From the human T2T-CHM13v2.0 reference genome, Homo sapiens, in assembly GCF_009914755.1 (NCBI RefSeq), contig NC_060926.1: DNA of 64,000 nt, one strand, 5' to 3'. How positions within the stretch are numbered: the first letter of the stretch is position 1; every line of letters begins with the position of its first letter. A model generated the notes under the pieces. That model did not search any database, was not told the origin of the DNA, and saw only the letters and a list, made by a program, of their open reading frames with translations. Both the position numbers and the translations under genes were made by a program. This document shows, piece by piece, positions 33,981-51,874 of the stretch.

Positions 33981-34809
33981 TAGTCATGCATCACTTAACA
34001 GGGATACTTTCTGAGAAATGCATCATTGGGCATTTTTTTCCTTGTTTGAGCATTATAGGGTGTACTTGCACAAACCTAGATGGTATAGCCTAGTATGCAT
34101 CTAGGCTGTATGGCATACCCCAGTGGTCACCAACTTTTTTGGCACTAGGGACTGGTTTCATGGAAGACCATTGTTCTTCAGACTGGGGTGGGTGGGGGGA
34201 GGTGTTGGGATCATTCAAACATACTACATTTGTTGTTGTATTCTTATTGCATAGTAATATATAATGAAATAATTATACAACTCACCATAATGTAGAATCG
34301 TTGGGAGCCCTGAGTTTGTTTTCCTGCAACTAGCTGGTCCCATGTTGGGGTGATGGGAGACAGTGACAGATCATCAGGCATTAGATTCTCATAGGAGCAT
34401 GCAACCTAGATCCCTCACATGTACAGTTCACAATAGGATTTGTGCTCCTATGAGAATCTAATACCGCCACTGATCTGACAGGAGGCTGAGCTCAGGTGGT
34501 AATGCAAGTGATAGGAAGTGGTTGTAAATACAGATGAAGCTTCACTCTCTGGCTTCTCACCTCCTGCTGTCTGGCCTGGTTTCTAACAGGCCACAAAGGT
34601 ACCAGTCTGTGGCCCAGGGGTTGGGGACCCCTGGTATAGTCTGTTGCTCCTAGGTTACATAGGCAGTTGTAACACAATGGTAAGTATATGTATATCTAAC
34701 AAACCTAAACATAGAAAAGATATGGTAAAAATAGGGTATTAGAATCTTCTTGGACCACTGTCGTATATGCAGTCCATCGTGGAACAAGACATTATGCAGT
34801 GCATGACTG
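33981..34809 (-). mobile_element. Tigger3/GOLEM element interrupted by MER1A
   Basis: ta|tagtcatgcatcacttaac...gcagtgcatgactg|ta terminal inverted repeats. Confidence 0.8.
34121..34633 (-). mobile_element. MER1A
   Basis: Reverse complement of the same family as 1504-2003; ends ggttggggacccctg. Confidence 0.88.
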
Positions 34810-37159
34810 TATATTGGCAGGTGTTGCCTCAGACCAGGTAACAATTACTGTTTACAGAGTGCCATTTCTATATGAGAGTCAAATGCTTCTTTGTCACTTC
34901 CACTCAAAATATACTTTTAAGTAGTGGCCACAAGTTGAAAGGCCTAAGGGTACATCTTCCTGTGAAATAAGAGGAAGGTAGAAGTATACAGATAAAATTC
35001 CAAATGGAGAAGATAGAATTTGATGGAGTACATGTAGTCCTCAATCTTCTCAAAGACTGAAGCAAGAGTAATCAGCCAATTGAGAAAAGTGACGAAGAGC
35101 CTGAAAATGAGGAGTGGAAGAAGTATGTATACAGTTGGAGCCATGAGGCATGTGATGGAGAATTCAAGATAAATAGAAGATTTGGGATATCAACTAGACT
35201 ATCTCTACCCTTCTGATCAAAACTGTAACCATCTTAAAGGCCTCAGAAATTATTTCCTGAAAATGATCTATTTTTTGGCACATTTTGGAATTATTTTAAA
35301 TTTTTGTTTGTACTTCTCTTTTGGCATATATATTTGTTGCTCCCACTAGGTGATACACTATTTGAAAGCAGGGACAGTCACTAACATAGTCATCCCAAGG
35401 CTAGCTGAGAAACAATTTCAATTTACAAATCAATAAATTGTTTGTAAATTGAATGCCAAAAGAAGTTAGTTATAGAAACAGGAAGTTGTGATAAAATTAC
35501 AGTTTTAGAGAGACAGATTGGGATAGATGCAAGAATAAGAAGATAATATGTACCGGAGTAGCAAGAAGGATTTCAGATTTTGAGCTTTGGAATATGCAGC
35601 AGTTCTTAGTGATAACTTTACTGTGTTAGTCTACATACAGTACACTGAAATTTATTTGTATTTAGGAACTGTCAGGCTAAGATGTCAGTAAGGTCGTCTA
35701 CTTGAGTCTGTCATTAAGGAGTGTAAACTATAGTGAATAGCATTCTTTTGTCATGATCAAGTGTAAAAGTTTTTATTGACCTTCATCCTGGCATTATGAT
35801 GGTTTCCACCGTGATTCTTAAAACTTCCTTCACTTTTTCATTCACGCTACATAGCTCTTGGTCCCCACCATCTTATTCTCAGACCACTGCCCTGAAATCA
35901 GTTCTTCACATGGCTACTAGAGGGTATTCTCTAAAATGTAAATTGAACTCTGCCTTTCAGCTTAAAACCCTTTAGTGGTTCTTTATTCTTTATAGATAAA
36001 GTCTGCATCATCTGAATGCTACTTAACTCCTCTCTGTGAACTATCCCCTCTTTTGTTCTACGTGCTGGCCACATCAAGGAGCTTTTTGTCTCCCCACCAC
36101 CACCCACTCAATGCCGCAAATACATACACTCTCTTTGCTGTTAGAGTGTTTCTGTTCCTTTACACATACTGCAATAGGATCCCCTTGTCTTATCACCGCC
36201 CTTTCAGCTGTCTATTTCTTTCTTATTCTTTAAGGCCTTATTCTGTGTTTTTTCAAGGAAGCCTTTCTTGAGCTCTGTGTCCCTAATCCTTATAGAATTA
36301 TGTGTCCTTTCTTTGCACTTCCATGATACTCCATTGATATCTCTCTGTTACTGTACTTACCACGTTTTCATTGCCAATGTGATTCTCCTTGAAGATTTTG
36401 AATTCCTTGATGTCAGTAACTGCCTTATATATGTTTGTAAACATAAGAGTAGGATTATAATTGGTCCTGAGTAAATATTTGATTGGTGCATGGATGATGA
36501 ATACGTTACAGTTTAGGCAAGCAGAGGTGACTAGCATATGCTGGAGAGAAGGATCATCCAGGTGCAGAAGTGCAGAAGAATAAAAAGTACTTAGTTTAGG
36601 AATTCAGAATAAACTGAAGCATAGGGTGTAAGATTGGGAGTTTCAAGAAATGAACCTAGACTGGTAGGGCCCATAGTGGAAGGTTTTCTTACACCTTGTT
36701 AAGGAATTTAGTTTTCATCCTGAAGGTAGTGGAGAGCCACTAAAGAATCTTAAGCTGAGGACTGACAGGCAGATTTATAGTAATTCGTCCAAGATGCCTA
36801 TGTTTTTGACATTTTAACATCTCTGAAATTACGATGCATATTACAATTGATAGTGTCTTATAGTTCTAATAGGAAATACTTCTTTCTAATGGTACTTAAA
36901 ATAATGGGGCATATTACAGTTAGTGGCATTAAATTTAAAGATACATAGCATGTGGTAGGTCATTCTGGCACAGTGTAGCGATGCCATAGTGTAGGGTAAA
37001 ACTGCAAGAAGAGAGACTCGAGATAAACTCAACATAATCCAAAAGAGAAATTTGGTAGTGAAGATGCATCCATTTAGTTGTTTTGATATTAAGTACTTTT
37101 TGTGTGCTAGGCAGACTGCTCAAGAGTTATTTCAACCCTAATTCGAGTTATTAAAGTCA

Positions 37160-38990
<1,831 letters not shown>

Positions 38991-39949
38991 AAAGCTACTG
39001 ATATAACAATAAGTAACTTGTTTGACGTACTAGAACTAAATCTGATGACCAGTGATATTTGCATAATTTGAGGATTAATGTAACTTATATGTAAAAAAAA
39101 AATTTCTTAAGAGGTTTCAAAAAATAAATGCAGCAGGTCTCCTGCTTCCTGTCTTCTAATTCATTCAATCTAATGTAGGACTTACGAATCTATATTAAGG
39201 AAGCACGTTAGGTGATTATGACACAAATGACCTCCAAAATCTTATTCTTGACAAAAATGCAGTGTTATACCACCATGTGTGGAACTTCCTAAGGTACTAG
39301 ATATTACTTGTGTGCACGTGAGAAAACTGAGTCCAAAAATTAAAAAATAAAAATGTTCTCTATTCCCAAATCTTTACTTGACTCTTAGTATAGATAGGAC
39401 TGTTTTATCTTATGATGTTGTGTCTTCTGACCACACTAATATACCAGTCACACATTTATTCCACTCCTTGTATATGTACTGTGTAAGTTAAAGGAGAGGT
39501 TAACTTTATATACTTATGCTTTATTTATATGGAGTAACAGTCTAGAATTTAATATTTATGGTTTCTAGGATTTAAAATTTATGGTTTTAACAAGCTGTTT
39601 TTGAAGACTGATGGCATGGGATTTATGGATTACTTGAGGCACACATTTGAATCATGTGTTATAAGGCTGCTGTGTGTGGTAAAGCAAACCATTTAGCTAA
39701 GAGAACTAGCCCAACTGTGTTTTAGTAAATTAGTATGGCTTTCCTATAGGTCTGTTTCGATGGGATTAAGTCTTGAGACAGTATCATGTGCTGCATACCA
39801 TGGGGGCATTCTGCTCAAGAGTTATAAACAATAATATACTTAATTTTTTTTCTACCACCCCCTCCTTCCAAATGGACTTAATTTTAAAATTTAGATCTTT
39901 AAGGAATATATTCAAATTTGATATAATTTTTTTCCTTAATTATCTTTAG

Positions 39950-40079
39950 GCCAACCAAGCCCTCGAGCAGTTATTCCCATGTCCTGTATAACCAATGGAA
40001 GTGGTGCAAACAGAAAACCAAGTCATACCAGTGCTGTCTCAATTGCAGGAAAAGAAACTCTTTCATCTGCTGCTAAAAG
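39950..40079 (+). CDS. EML4: EML4 exon 3 (130 nt, phase 1-2)
   Basis: tctttag|GCCAACC...GCTAAAAG|gtaccc; (G)QPSPRAVIPMSCITNGSGANRKPSHTSAVSIAGKETLSSAAK(S), in frame with exon 2. Confidence 0.97.
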
Positions 40080-40998
40080 GTACCCATTTATGAAAGGGGG
40101 AAAAACTAACATTGCAGAATTGTCTGAATGTGGTAGAGATCTCCCTTTAGAAAGAATATGAAATAGAGCTGTTTGAATTCAAGTGAGCATGTCCTTTGAA
40201 TTCTTAAACTGTGAAAGTAGAGACATTTAGCCTGTGCTCACTCAGCTTGCACTCATCATGCCTGTCAAGTTGTGTGAGGAAGCTTTCCGTTCTCACTAAA
40301 GAAAGAAAGCAGTTTCATTTCCTGGTTTTGTTTTGTTTCTTTGTAACAAGTATTTATTGAAAGCATCACTATATTTAAAGAAATTATATAACTGAATTTT
40401 CCATAGCAAGTGATATATTTGATACAGCATTTTTAAAGGCAAAACAGAATCTTCGATATATCTATGTTAGTGGGAGGTCAAATGCTATTATAACTTTTAT
40501 TTTTTAACCATAACTATAAAATTAAGGCTTATTTCAAAAATATAGTACTATCTGGGGTGTGTGGGGGTGTATGTGTGTGTGTGTTAGGGGATGGTGGGCA
40601 GGAGGGCTGTGGAATTACAGCAATATAAGTTTCAGTGGATTACAGATTTGCATTCTTTATGTTCTTTTCATCAGTTAACTAATTTACTCCAATAAAAGTG
40701 CTCACAGGATTTTCCCCCTTTTGTAATTTCTAGCAAATTATTCGATGTAGAGTTTGGAGAGACCATAGGTGATCAGCTACAAAATCTTAAAACCGTTTTC
40801 TTCAAAGAATGAGTGAGGAAAAATCTTAAGTAATAAGATCATGTGTAACAATGTACTGATGGAAAATGCTTACCTCAATAAACTAATGCTAGTGACCGAA
40901 TTATTCATTGGTGTGGATTCATAGATACTTAACCAGTTGATGACAAGAATGTTGAAGAAATACCAAGATCTTCAGCCCTTTTAAAAATTCCGTCTAGA

Positions 40999-41300
40999 GG
41001 CCGGGCACGGTGGCTCATGCCTGTAATCCCAGCACTTTGGGAGGCTGAGGCGGGCGGATCACGAGGTCAGGAGATCGAGACCATCCTGGCTAACACGGTG
41101 AAACCCCGTCTCTACTAAAAAATACAAAAAAAATAGCCAGGCGTGGTGGCAGGTGTCTGTAGTCGCAGCTACTCAGGAGGCTGAGGCAGGAGAATGGCGT
41201 GAACCCAGGAGGGGGAGCTTGCAGTGAGCCACGATTGCGCCACTGTATCCCAGCCTGGGTGACAGAGCCAGACTCCGTCTCAAAAAAAAAAAAAAAAAAA
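40999..41300 (+). mobile_element. AluY
   Basis: CpG-rich, gagatcgagaccatcctggctaacacgg; target duplication aaaaattcc.tct.ga. Confidence 0.93.
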
Positions 41301-41855
41301 TTCCTTCTGGAACTCAATCTTTGTCGTCGTCATTACAGAATCTAGACTTTCCCCTACAAAGGATGCTAAACTTTATTACCTGTACTCCACTTTGAGTAGA
41401 AAAAGGGAAACTAAGAAAATGTTAGAAAATTTTAGTACAATTTTAAATAAATTTCCGTGTTGTATCCAGTAGTGGTTCAGATTCAGCCCATTTTCTTACA
41501 TAGCTATTGCACTGTTGCTTGTTGCTGTGTAGTGATCAGTATTATGCACATTAGTGATTCAACAATCCAAGGCCAGCTGAGTTTGTTAGTTTATGATCCA
41601 GGGTCCCTGTATTTTGCTTTTAAATAACCCAGAAGGAAAATGGCTCTTTTAGGTTGTACTGGGCCCACATAAAACTAGTGACCTCTGTAATCTTGTTGAA
41701 GAATCGCAAGGGAGAAGTAACTTCTGTTTTTTGTTTTTGTTTTTGAGAGAGTTGGACATATTGGAACTCAGTTTTTTAATTTCAGAGTTAATCTGATATT
41801 CTTGAAGTATAATTGTATTTCTTTTTTTATTTATTTTTTAAGATATATATATATA

Positions 41856-42143
<288 letters not shown>

Positions 42144-42407
42144 AAAATTGTATTTCTTAGCACCTGCTTTTAAAAAAATTGAACACAAAGTAGATAGTCA
42201 AGGGCCAGTCTGAAGTCAGAAGTTATCAGAAGTGCATCAGGTTAAGAAATGTCACTTGACATTAAAATATCTATAACATTTTAAACTATTATAATGTGAT
42301 AAATTGTATATACTATGTACATTTATTTAAAATGTTCTTGAACAAGCTTACTTGTTGATTATAATCGAATTACAAAATGTCCTTTGATTAAGAAAGACAT
42401 GTAAATG

Positions 42408-42700
42408 GGACCGGATGCAGTGGCTCACGCCTGTAATCCCAGCACTTTGGGAGGCTGAGGCAGGCGAATCAGCTGAGGTCAGGAGTTTGAGACCAGTCTG
42501 GCCAACATGGTGTAACCCCATCTCTGCTAAAAATGTAAAAATTAGCTGGGTGTGGTGGCGGGCGCCTGTAATCTCAGCTGCTGGGGAAGCTGAGGTGGGA
42601 GAATTGCTTGAACCTTGGAGATGGAGGTTGCAGTGAGCCAAGATCATACCACTGCACTCCAGCCTAGATGACAGAGCAAGACTTCATCTGAAAAAAAAAA
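42408..42700 (+). mobile_element. AluS
   Basis: Full dimer. Confidence 0.88.
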
Positions 42701-43033
42701 CAGGGGGAGGGGGGCGGCAGAGAAAAGAAATAGGCATTTAGTAGTTTCCTACCTTTTCATCACTGGAATTCAAGTCTTGATTCCATCAGCTTTATAATAT
42801 TGTCAAGAGTGTTTTCAGTATAAGTATGCTTATCTAGTCTGGTTAGGAATAGCAGGTGGTTTATTAACCAAGAGTCAAAGTACATAATCAAAAGAATTTA
42901 TACTTAAATATCTGAAATATTTTAACATAAGATACATTCACCTGTATTCATTCATCACTTTTTAAATGAAAGACCAAACCTACCCTCTAAGTATATATCT
43001 CTGATCAAATTCCTTGTTGACTGTCTTTCATAA

Positions 43034-43921
<888 letters not shown>

Positions 43922-44560
43922 TAAATTGTGTCACTCACACTAAATTTAACAGCAATTTTTTTGATAACTCATTTTTTTGTAGTCTTTCCAGAACATTAAA
44001 CTTAGTTTTCATAGAAATTGCAATTCTCTTTGTATTTAATTAACTTACATAATTAAAATAACAACTGGCATAAACAGACTTGGGGAAAACTTAAACTCTT
44101 GGTAAGTTTAAAACTCAATTGAGTGGAGTAGAAGTATACAGAAAAAAAACAGGAATTGGAGAATAACCTATTAAACATGAATATTTAGTGTTCTTTTGGC
44201 ATCAGTCGGTATGCTTTACACAGATAGTCCTCTGATTTGGGTAACTTGAGGTCAGTTAAGAGACCTTCATTTGTCCCCCAAAATCTGCCAAGATGGCAAA
44301 GTTTATTAGAGACCATTTCTGTCTAAAGGGGCAATCTTCATGGGATGTATCGCCTTAGAATTTTTATAAATTCTTTACTGAAGATGTTAATAGCTTCTGG
44401 AATTTTCAAAGAAATATTGTCCTTATTGAATGAAAACAGTGCAAATTGTATTAGCTGTATGACTTAGGGTTTTGAATTATATAATAATCACTTTTCTATC
44501 GTTTGATTTTTTTTCATTTGTTTAAATGTGTATTGTTCCATGTTATACTTTATTTTACAG

Positions 44561-44734
44561 TGGTACAGAAAAAAAGAAAGAAAAACCACAAGGACAGAGA
44601 GAAAAAAAAGAGGAATCTCATTCTAATGATCAAAGTCCACAAATTCGAGCATCACCTTCTCCCCAGCCCTCTTCACAACCTCTCCAAATACACAGACAAA
44701 CTCCAGAAAGCAAGAATGCTACTCCCACCAAAAG
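44561..44734 (+). CDS. EML4: EML4 exon 4 (174 nt, phase 2-2, skippable in frame), basic region
   Basis: ttttacag|TGGTACAG...ACCAAAAG|gtttta; (S)GTEKKKEKPQGQREKKEESHSNDQSPQIRASPSPQPSSQPLQIHRQTPESKNATPTK(S). Confidence 0.97.
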
Positions 44735-46615
44735 GTTTTAACTGTCCCCAAGTACAGAGCTAGGGAATGGTTGTAATGATACCTAAATTCTGTGACTTGG
44801 GAAAAAGTTAGCTATCCAAGGATTCTGAGAGAAAAAGCTGGTGGCTTTATTTTTCCCTTCTTCATTGCTTATAATTTATGCTTTATAGCCCATTGGGGAA
44901 TAAAGAATTAAGGTCACAATTTCTCAGTTAAAACTGGAAAAAAAAAAAAAAAACTAAGTTATAAACAATCTGATGAAAAGAAGGCAGGAATAACCTAGTC
45001 GAAAACCAAACAATATTTTCTTAACCACATTTTTGAATACTTTTAAAATATGTATGTAACTATGCATAAATTTATAGCCATGGATAGAAAATGGCCATAT
45101 GTAATTGTCCTCACTGTATTTTGGCATCATTACAACCTTCAACCTGCAAGGGCCCATCTCAAGTGGCTCTTCATTGTGGCTGCATCTCAGTTTCAGTTTT
45201 GGGTCTTGGGAGGATAAGTTCTTGCTTGAGTAGAGAAATGAATCCATTTCACCTGGTCTTTTCTATGCTAAAGGCTTGCTTGAGGGCTTCTGTGTCCGTA
45301 ATAATTAATATTTTAAAGTTATGAGAAGGGGAAAAGGGAGAAATATTCTAACAATGTGTGTGAGCCTAAATTGAGAATCTAAACCTGCATGCTGGGAGTA
45401 CAGTGCTACAGCTGCCTCCTAATCAAATATTGAGACCAATCTAATTAAATTTGCCTGTTTAGAAATGCTTATTCAAGCCTTGTGATTAGGAATAGTCATA
45501 TTTTATCATCGTACTTCTGCTTGGAAATCTTAGGAAACTATTAAACCATTTCCAGAACTGGCTAGAATTTTAATAAAATAAATGACAACCATTCCTAAAA
45601 GATTTAAATTTTTATTTGATCAATTTAATATTTTGCCTCAAATCGCTAATGGAAATTGGGAAAACCAAAATACCCTTCACTTGATCGATGCATGTTTACC
45701 ACTTACAAAATGCTTTGTCTGTGTGTCTCATGCAGATTCTTACCCAATCTAAATGGTTTGTAGTTTATCTGCCTGGTCTCCTGTGGAGTTTTTCTTGGAT
45801 ATAGCTTATTAACGTTACATAACTTTGGATTGTGTGTGGTTTAAGGTGGCTTTTTATAATCAGTCTCTTTAAGGTTCTGATTTCACTTGATATCTTCTTT
45901 GTCCCAGCATCTTTTTTTCAGCTTCTTGAGGTCTCCTGGAAATGTGCTTGCCCTCCTAAATTGCTCTTTGGATATACTGTTGCAAGAAGTATTGGAGACT
46001 GGATGAGTTTGAGGATAGTTAGCAATGCAATGAAAAAATCATTTGTAAAGAAACAAATTTCACTTATAAGTATAGGGAATCAGGATTGCCAATAACCACA
46101 TTCTTATATAAAGTCTTGTTTATTTCTGATCATTGGTAAAATTGTCCCTAAAGATATAAACAAGAGTTTATACCTTGTTATATTTAGAAATTGTCATTTG
46201 TACCATATGTAATGTAATTACCTGAGGACATAATTGCACAAAAAATGAAAATGGCAGCCTTATAAAATTCAATGGCTATGAAAAAATACAGGTTTTTTTG
46301 TAACTACAAATTATAAGAAACATTACTCAGATGTAAGGAAATAATTTTTTTCTGTTAACAAAAGTGTTTTTTAAAAAAAATCAGGTAATATTTGTTCTAG
46401 TGAATCTTCTGAGTGATACAGAAAATTATAATACAGATTTGGGAATTGCCTTGTTTAACTCCTTCACTCATCCAGGCAGTCTTTCAACTAATCCTTCTCT
46501 TTTCTGGATTAGCTTTAAGGAAATGTTAATTGCTGCTTTTGTGTTCTGTTTAAATTGTCAGTTACATGTCTTTGATACTCAGAATTTTTCTCTAAGAAAT
46601 TAATGTTCCTTCTAG

Positions 46616-47850
<1,235 letters not shown>

Positions 47851-48138
47851 AAATAATAAATCTTAATAATCATATAAGATTTGAGTATTTTTCATAAGTT
47901 ATTTTTATGCTTTCACTGTTTAGATGCTCTTGTGGGATATTCATTGTTTTATAAAATAGTGTATATTAGTAGTTCATCAGTGAGAAACTTTAAAAAATGC
48001 TGATTTCTTACTTTCACTTCCAGAGATTTATCTAGATTATAGCCTAAGCATTAAAACTTTTACAGTTTCTTGAGGTGATTTTAATGGTTAGCCATATAAA
48101 CTTATAAAATAAATGTGTTTCTTAAATTTCTTTTCTAG

Positions 48139-48164
48139 GCATAAAGATGTCATCATCAACCAAG
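48139..48164 (+). CDS. EML4: EML4 exon 6/6a (26-nt microexon, phase 2-1)
   Basis: ttttctag|GCATAAAGATGTCATCATCAACCAAG|gtaaat; (K)HKDVIINQ, the EML4 end of EML4-ALK variant 3a. Confidence 0.96.
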
Positions 48165-48351
48165 GTAAATTAAAAATCCTTTTAAAAATTTTATTTTGCC
48201 CTTCTTAGTTTAATTTTTGCTAATTGAAAAGAATATTTTCATCTAGTGCACTTTATCAGTTCATAGTAATCAAAGAAAAGTGCGTTACTGTAGTCATTTA
48301 GGAAAAAACCCAGTTTTTATTGTAAGGTAATGTCATTTTTGTCTCAACCAG

Positions 48352-48384
48352 CAAAAATGTCAACTCGCGAAAAAAACAGCCAAG
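48352..48384 (+). CDS. EML4: EML4 alternative exon 6b (33 nt, phase 1-1)
   Basis: tctcaaccag|CAAAAATGTCAACTCGCGAAAAAAACAGCCAAG|gtaaga; (A)KMSTREKNSQ, the 11-aa insert that distinguishes EML4-ALK variant 3b. Confidence 0.93.
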
Positions 48385-48500
48385 GTAAGAATAAGCTACG
48401 CAGTTGGTTGCCTTCTAAGTGAATTTTTTCCTGGATCTCTTATTTGGCTTTTTATTATTTATGCTGCCTGACTTTCTTCCTTAAAAAGGAAATACAGTGA

Positions 48501-48972
<472 letters not shown>

Positions 48973-49799
48973 CTGCATTTTTAAAAATCCATCTTATTTC
49001 TAAGAAATCTGAAGATTCAAGGTGAACAGTAAAAATACAGTATTACAAAAAGGGATAAAATACTAGAGGGAGTTTTCTCCCTTAAAAAAAAGTTTTACCT
49101 AGAAAAGCCATTTAAAAGATTGATAAATTTTAACTCAGTTTCCTGTCTTGCCAACTTCATTGCAAATAATTACTCATTTCTTGATGCTAAGACTGAAAAT
49201 ATGATGAGTCTAGCAAATCCATTTCCTCTTAAGTTTTTCTTTTATATTGATTGTAACTTCTGGCTACTTGCTGTTGTTGGCTTGTTCAGACCAAAAAAAG
49301 AGAGCAGACTTTTGGCGAATGCGTATTTAATTTAATTGCACTGTAGGTAAGTTTTATACATCAGTTTTACATTCTCTTTAGATTGCCTGCAAATTTAATT
49401 GAAGCATGCTGTTCTTAATGAAAGCACGTCCTTTCTGTGCATGGTTTTCACAGCTCATTTCTATGTTTCATAGTTAGCCTTATTTTCTGGTCTATTATAG
49501 TAACCAGCTACAACGTGGTTAAAGCTTTTTTTAGAGATTTAACTTGATTTCTGTGGATTTTTACTTCTTTCGTTCCAAAAAGAAAAGAAAGAAATATTTG
49601 TAATAGTCTTTAGGTCATTTGTTTTTACATAGACATTCTAAATGAAGTTGAATTTTGCTGGCATTCTTCTTTAGTAGGTCTTACTTTCTCCCTTCTTTAT
49701 AATACAACATAGATTAAGTAATGTTTGAGATACTTTAAAGGGAAAAATGAAATTTTATTTATGAAGATAATTCTTAATACATTATATATCAAAACTTTT

Positions 49800-50080
49800 A
49801 AGAGAGAGGGTCTTGCTCTGTTGCCCCGGCTGGAGTGCAGTCACTGCCTTGGCTCACTGCAGCCTTGGCCTCCTGGGCTCAAGCAGTCCTCTCACTGAAG
49901 CCTCCCAAGTAGCTGGGACTACAGGCGCGCACCACATACCTGGCTGATTTTTGTATTTATCATAGAGATGGGGTCTCACTTTGTTGCCTAGGTTGGTCTC
50001 AAACTCCTGGGCTCAAGCAGTCCTCCTGCCTCAGCCTCCCAAAGTGTTGGGATTACAGGCGTGAGCCACCACTTCTGGTC
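49800..50080 (-). mobile_element. AluJ
   Basis: Dimer flanked by aaaactttt. Confidence 0.85.
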
Positions 50081-51552
50081 CGAAAACTTTTTTTTTTTTT
50101 TTAAATAGAGTCGGCGGTATGTGATAGGAAGAGCAGTGAATGGGGAATAACTGTGTTTAGTGGTTGGTCCTGGCTCTTATGCATAATAGCCTTATGACCT
50201 AGGCTGAATGACAATGTCTCTGAGTGGTTTTCTACTCTAAATATAGTAACTATAAAGCTTATTTCACATGACTACTGAAGGATGAAATAATATATATGAA
50301 ATATAAATTGAAATATAGTGGCATCTACTGAAATAGGGAACATTTGAGGAGAAGGAGATGTGTGGAAAAGGAGTTTGGCTTTGGACAATTGCATTTGAGT
50401 TGTCTATAAAACTTAACCTACATGTAGAGATGTATAGCAGACAATGTCATGTAGATGTTTAAACACATGGATTTTGGAGTCCAGAGAGTGGTTTTACCAT
50501 TGACTTAGCTATAGTGACATTGAGCAGGTTACTTCAACCTCCCTAAGTCTTTGTTTTCTCATCTGTAATTGAGATAATAATAAGCCATTAAAGGGTTACT
50601 GTAAAAATTATAGTAATAAAGTGTACCCAGTACCTGACATATAATACCAGGTAAGTTTTAGTTATTAATATATGAATTTGGCAGTAAAACCTTGCACTCA
50701 GATTTGTATTATCAGATGAAAAGATAATTATTAAATAGGTGAGAGTCATTGACTGTAAGTTGTATAGCTATTTTAGAAGTGTGGTATTCATTTTGCATGG
50801 CATATTCACAACACATTTTCTAGTATTTCAGCTATTAATGCTAATATTTGTCATTTTTTGACATTCTTTTTAAAATATGACATTAATTTAGCCTCTTTTT
50901 GACAATGATAGCTGTGGCTTGTTCCAAATCATCTGCTTTGATTTGAGAAGAAGCCTATTTACATATGGTACATTTAGGTGAGTGGTAACAGAGAATACTT
51001 TACCTGAAAGGCCTGTGTCCTTCAGACAGAGCAGAGTAGGAGAAAAGCTAGAAAGCTGCATATTCCAGTCACCACTTAGGCAGAAGTCAGGAAACTGGTT
51101 GTTGAAAGCAATAGAAAGTGAAATGAGATGTACGCAGGGCAATCTCTGAGGTTAGGTGTGAGAGGAAGGGCAGGTTATGCCACTAAAAAGAGGCTCTTAC
51201 TGACCTATATGTTTATACCCTGAAACCTAAACTTTTTTTCATTACTCTCTCCCCTAGTTCTGCTGGGTTGTGCTCCAGATACAGCAGAGATAAAGTCCTA
51301 GCATGTCAACTTAAAATTTGAATAAGTTCCATGTAGGACTATCTATTGTTAGAGGTAGCAGTTAGGTTGTAGTACAATAATATTCACTTTGGTGAGTTAC
51401 TGATTTTAAAAAATTTTCCAAGCTAAGTTGGGGGACTTCAGGCACCATGTATAAAATTGCTTATTGTGGAAAATAGATAACAATTTGACAAATTTTCTAA
51501 TAAACAAAATGATACTGCCATTAAGGTCATCCTTGAAATAGTTATCAAGTAC

Positions 51553-51858
51553 AACTGGCCTTCCATATCTGCGGATTTCACATTCCTGGATTCAACCGAC
51601 CTGCATTCGAAATATTAAAGGAAAACAAAGTTCCATCTGTGGTGAACATGTATAAACTTTTTTTTGTCATAATTCCCTAAACAATACAATATAACAACTA
51701 ATAAGTAATCTAAAGATGATTTAAAGTATACAGGAAGATAGTCATAGATTACATGGAAATACTATACCTTTTATATCAAGGACTTGAGCATCCACAGATT
51801 TTGCTCTCTGCAGGAGATCCTAGAACCAGTGTCCCATGGAAACCAAGGGACCAACTAT
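51553..51858 (+). mobile_element. MER2
   Basis: ctggccttccatatctgcggat...ggacttgagcatccacagatttt...ccaaggga. Confidence 0.78.
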
Positions 51859-51874
51859 TTATTTCATTTCAAAT

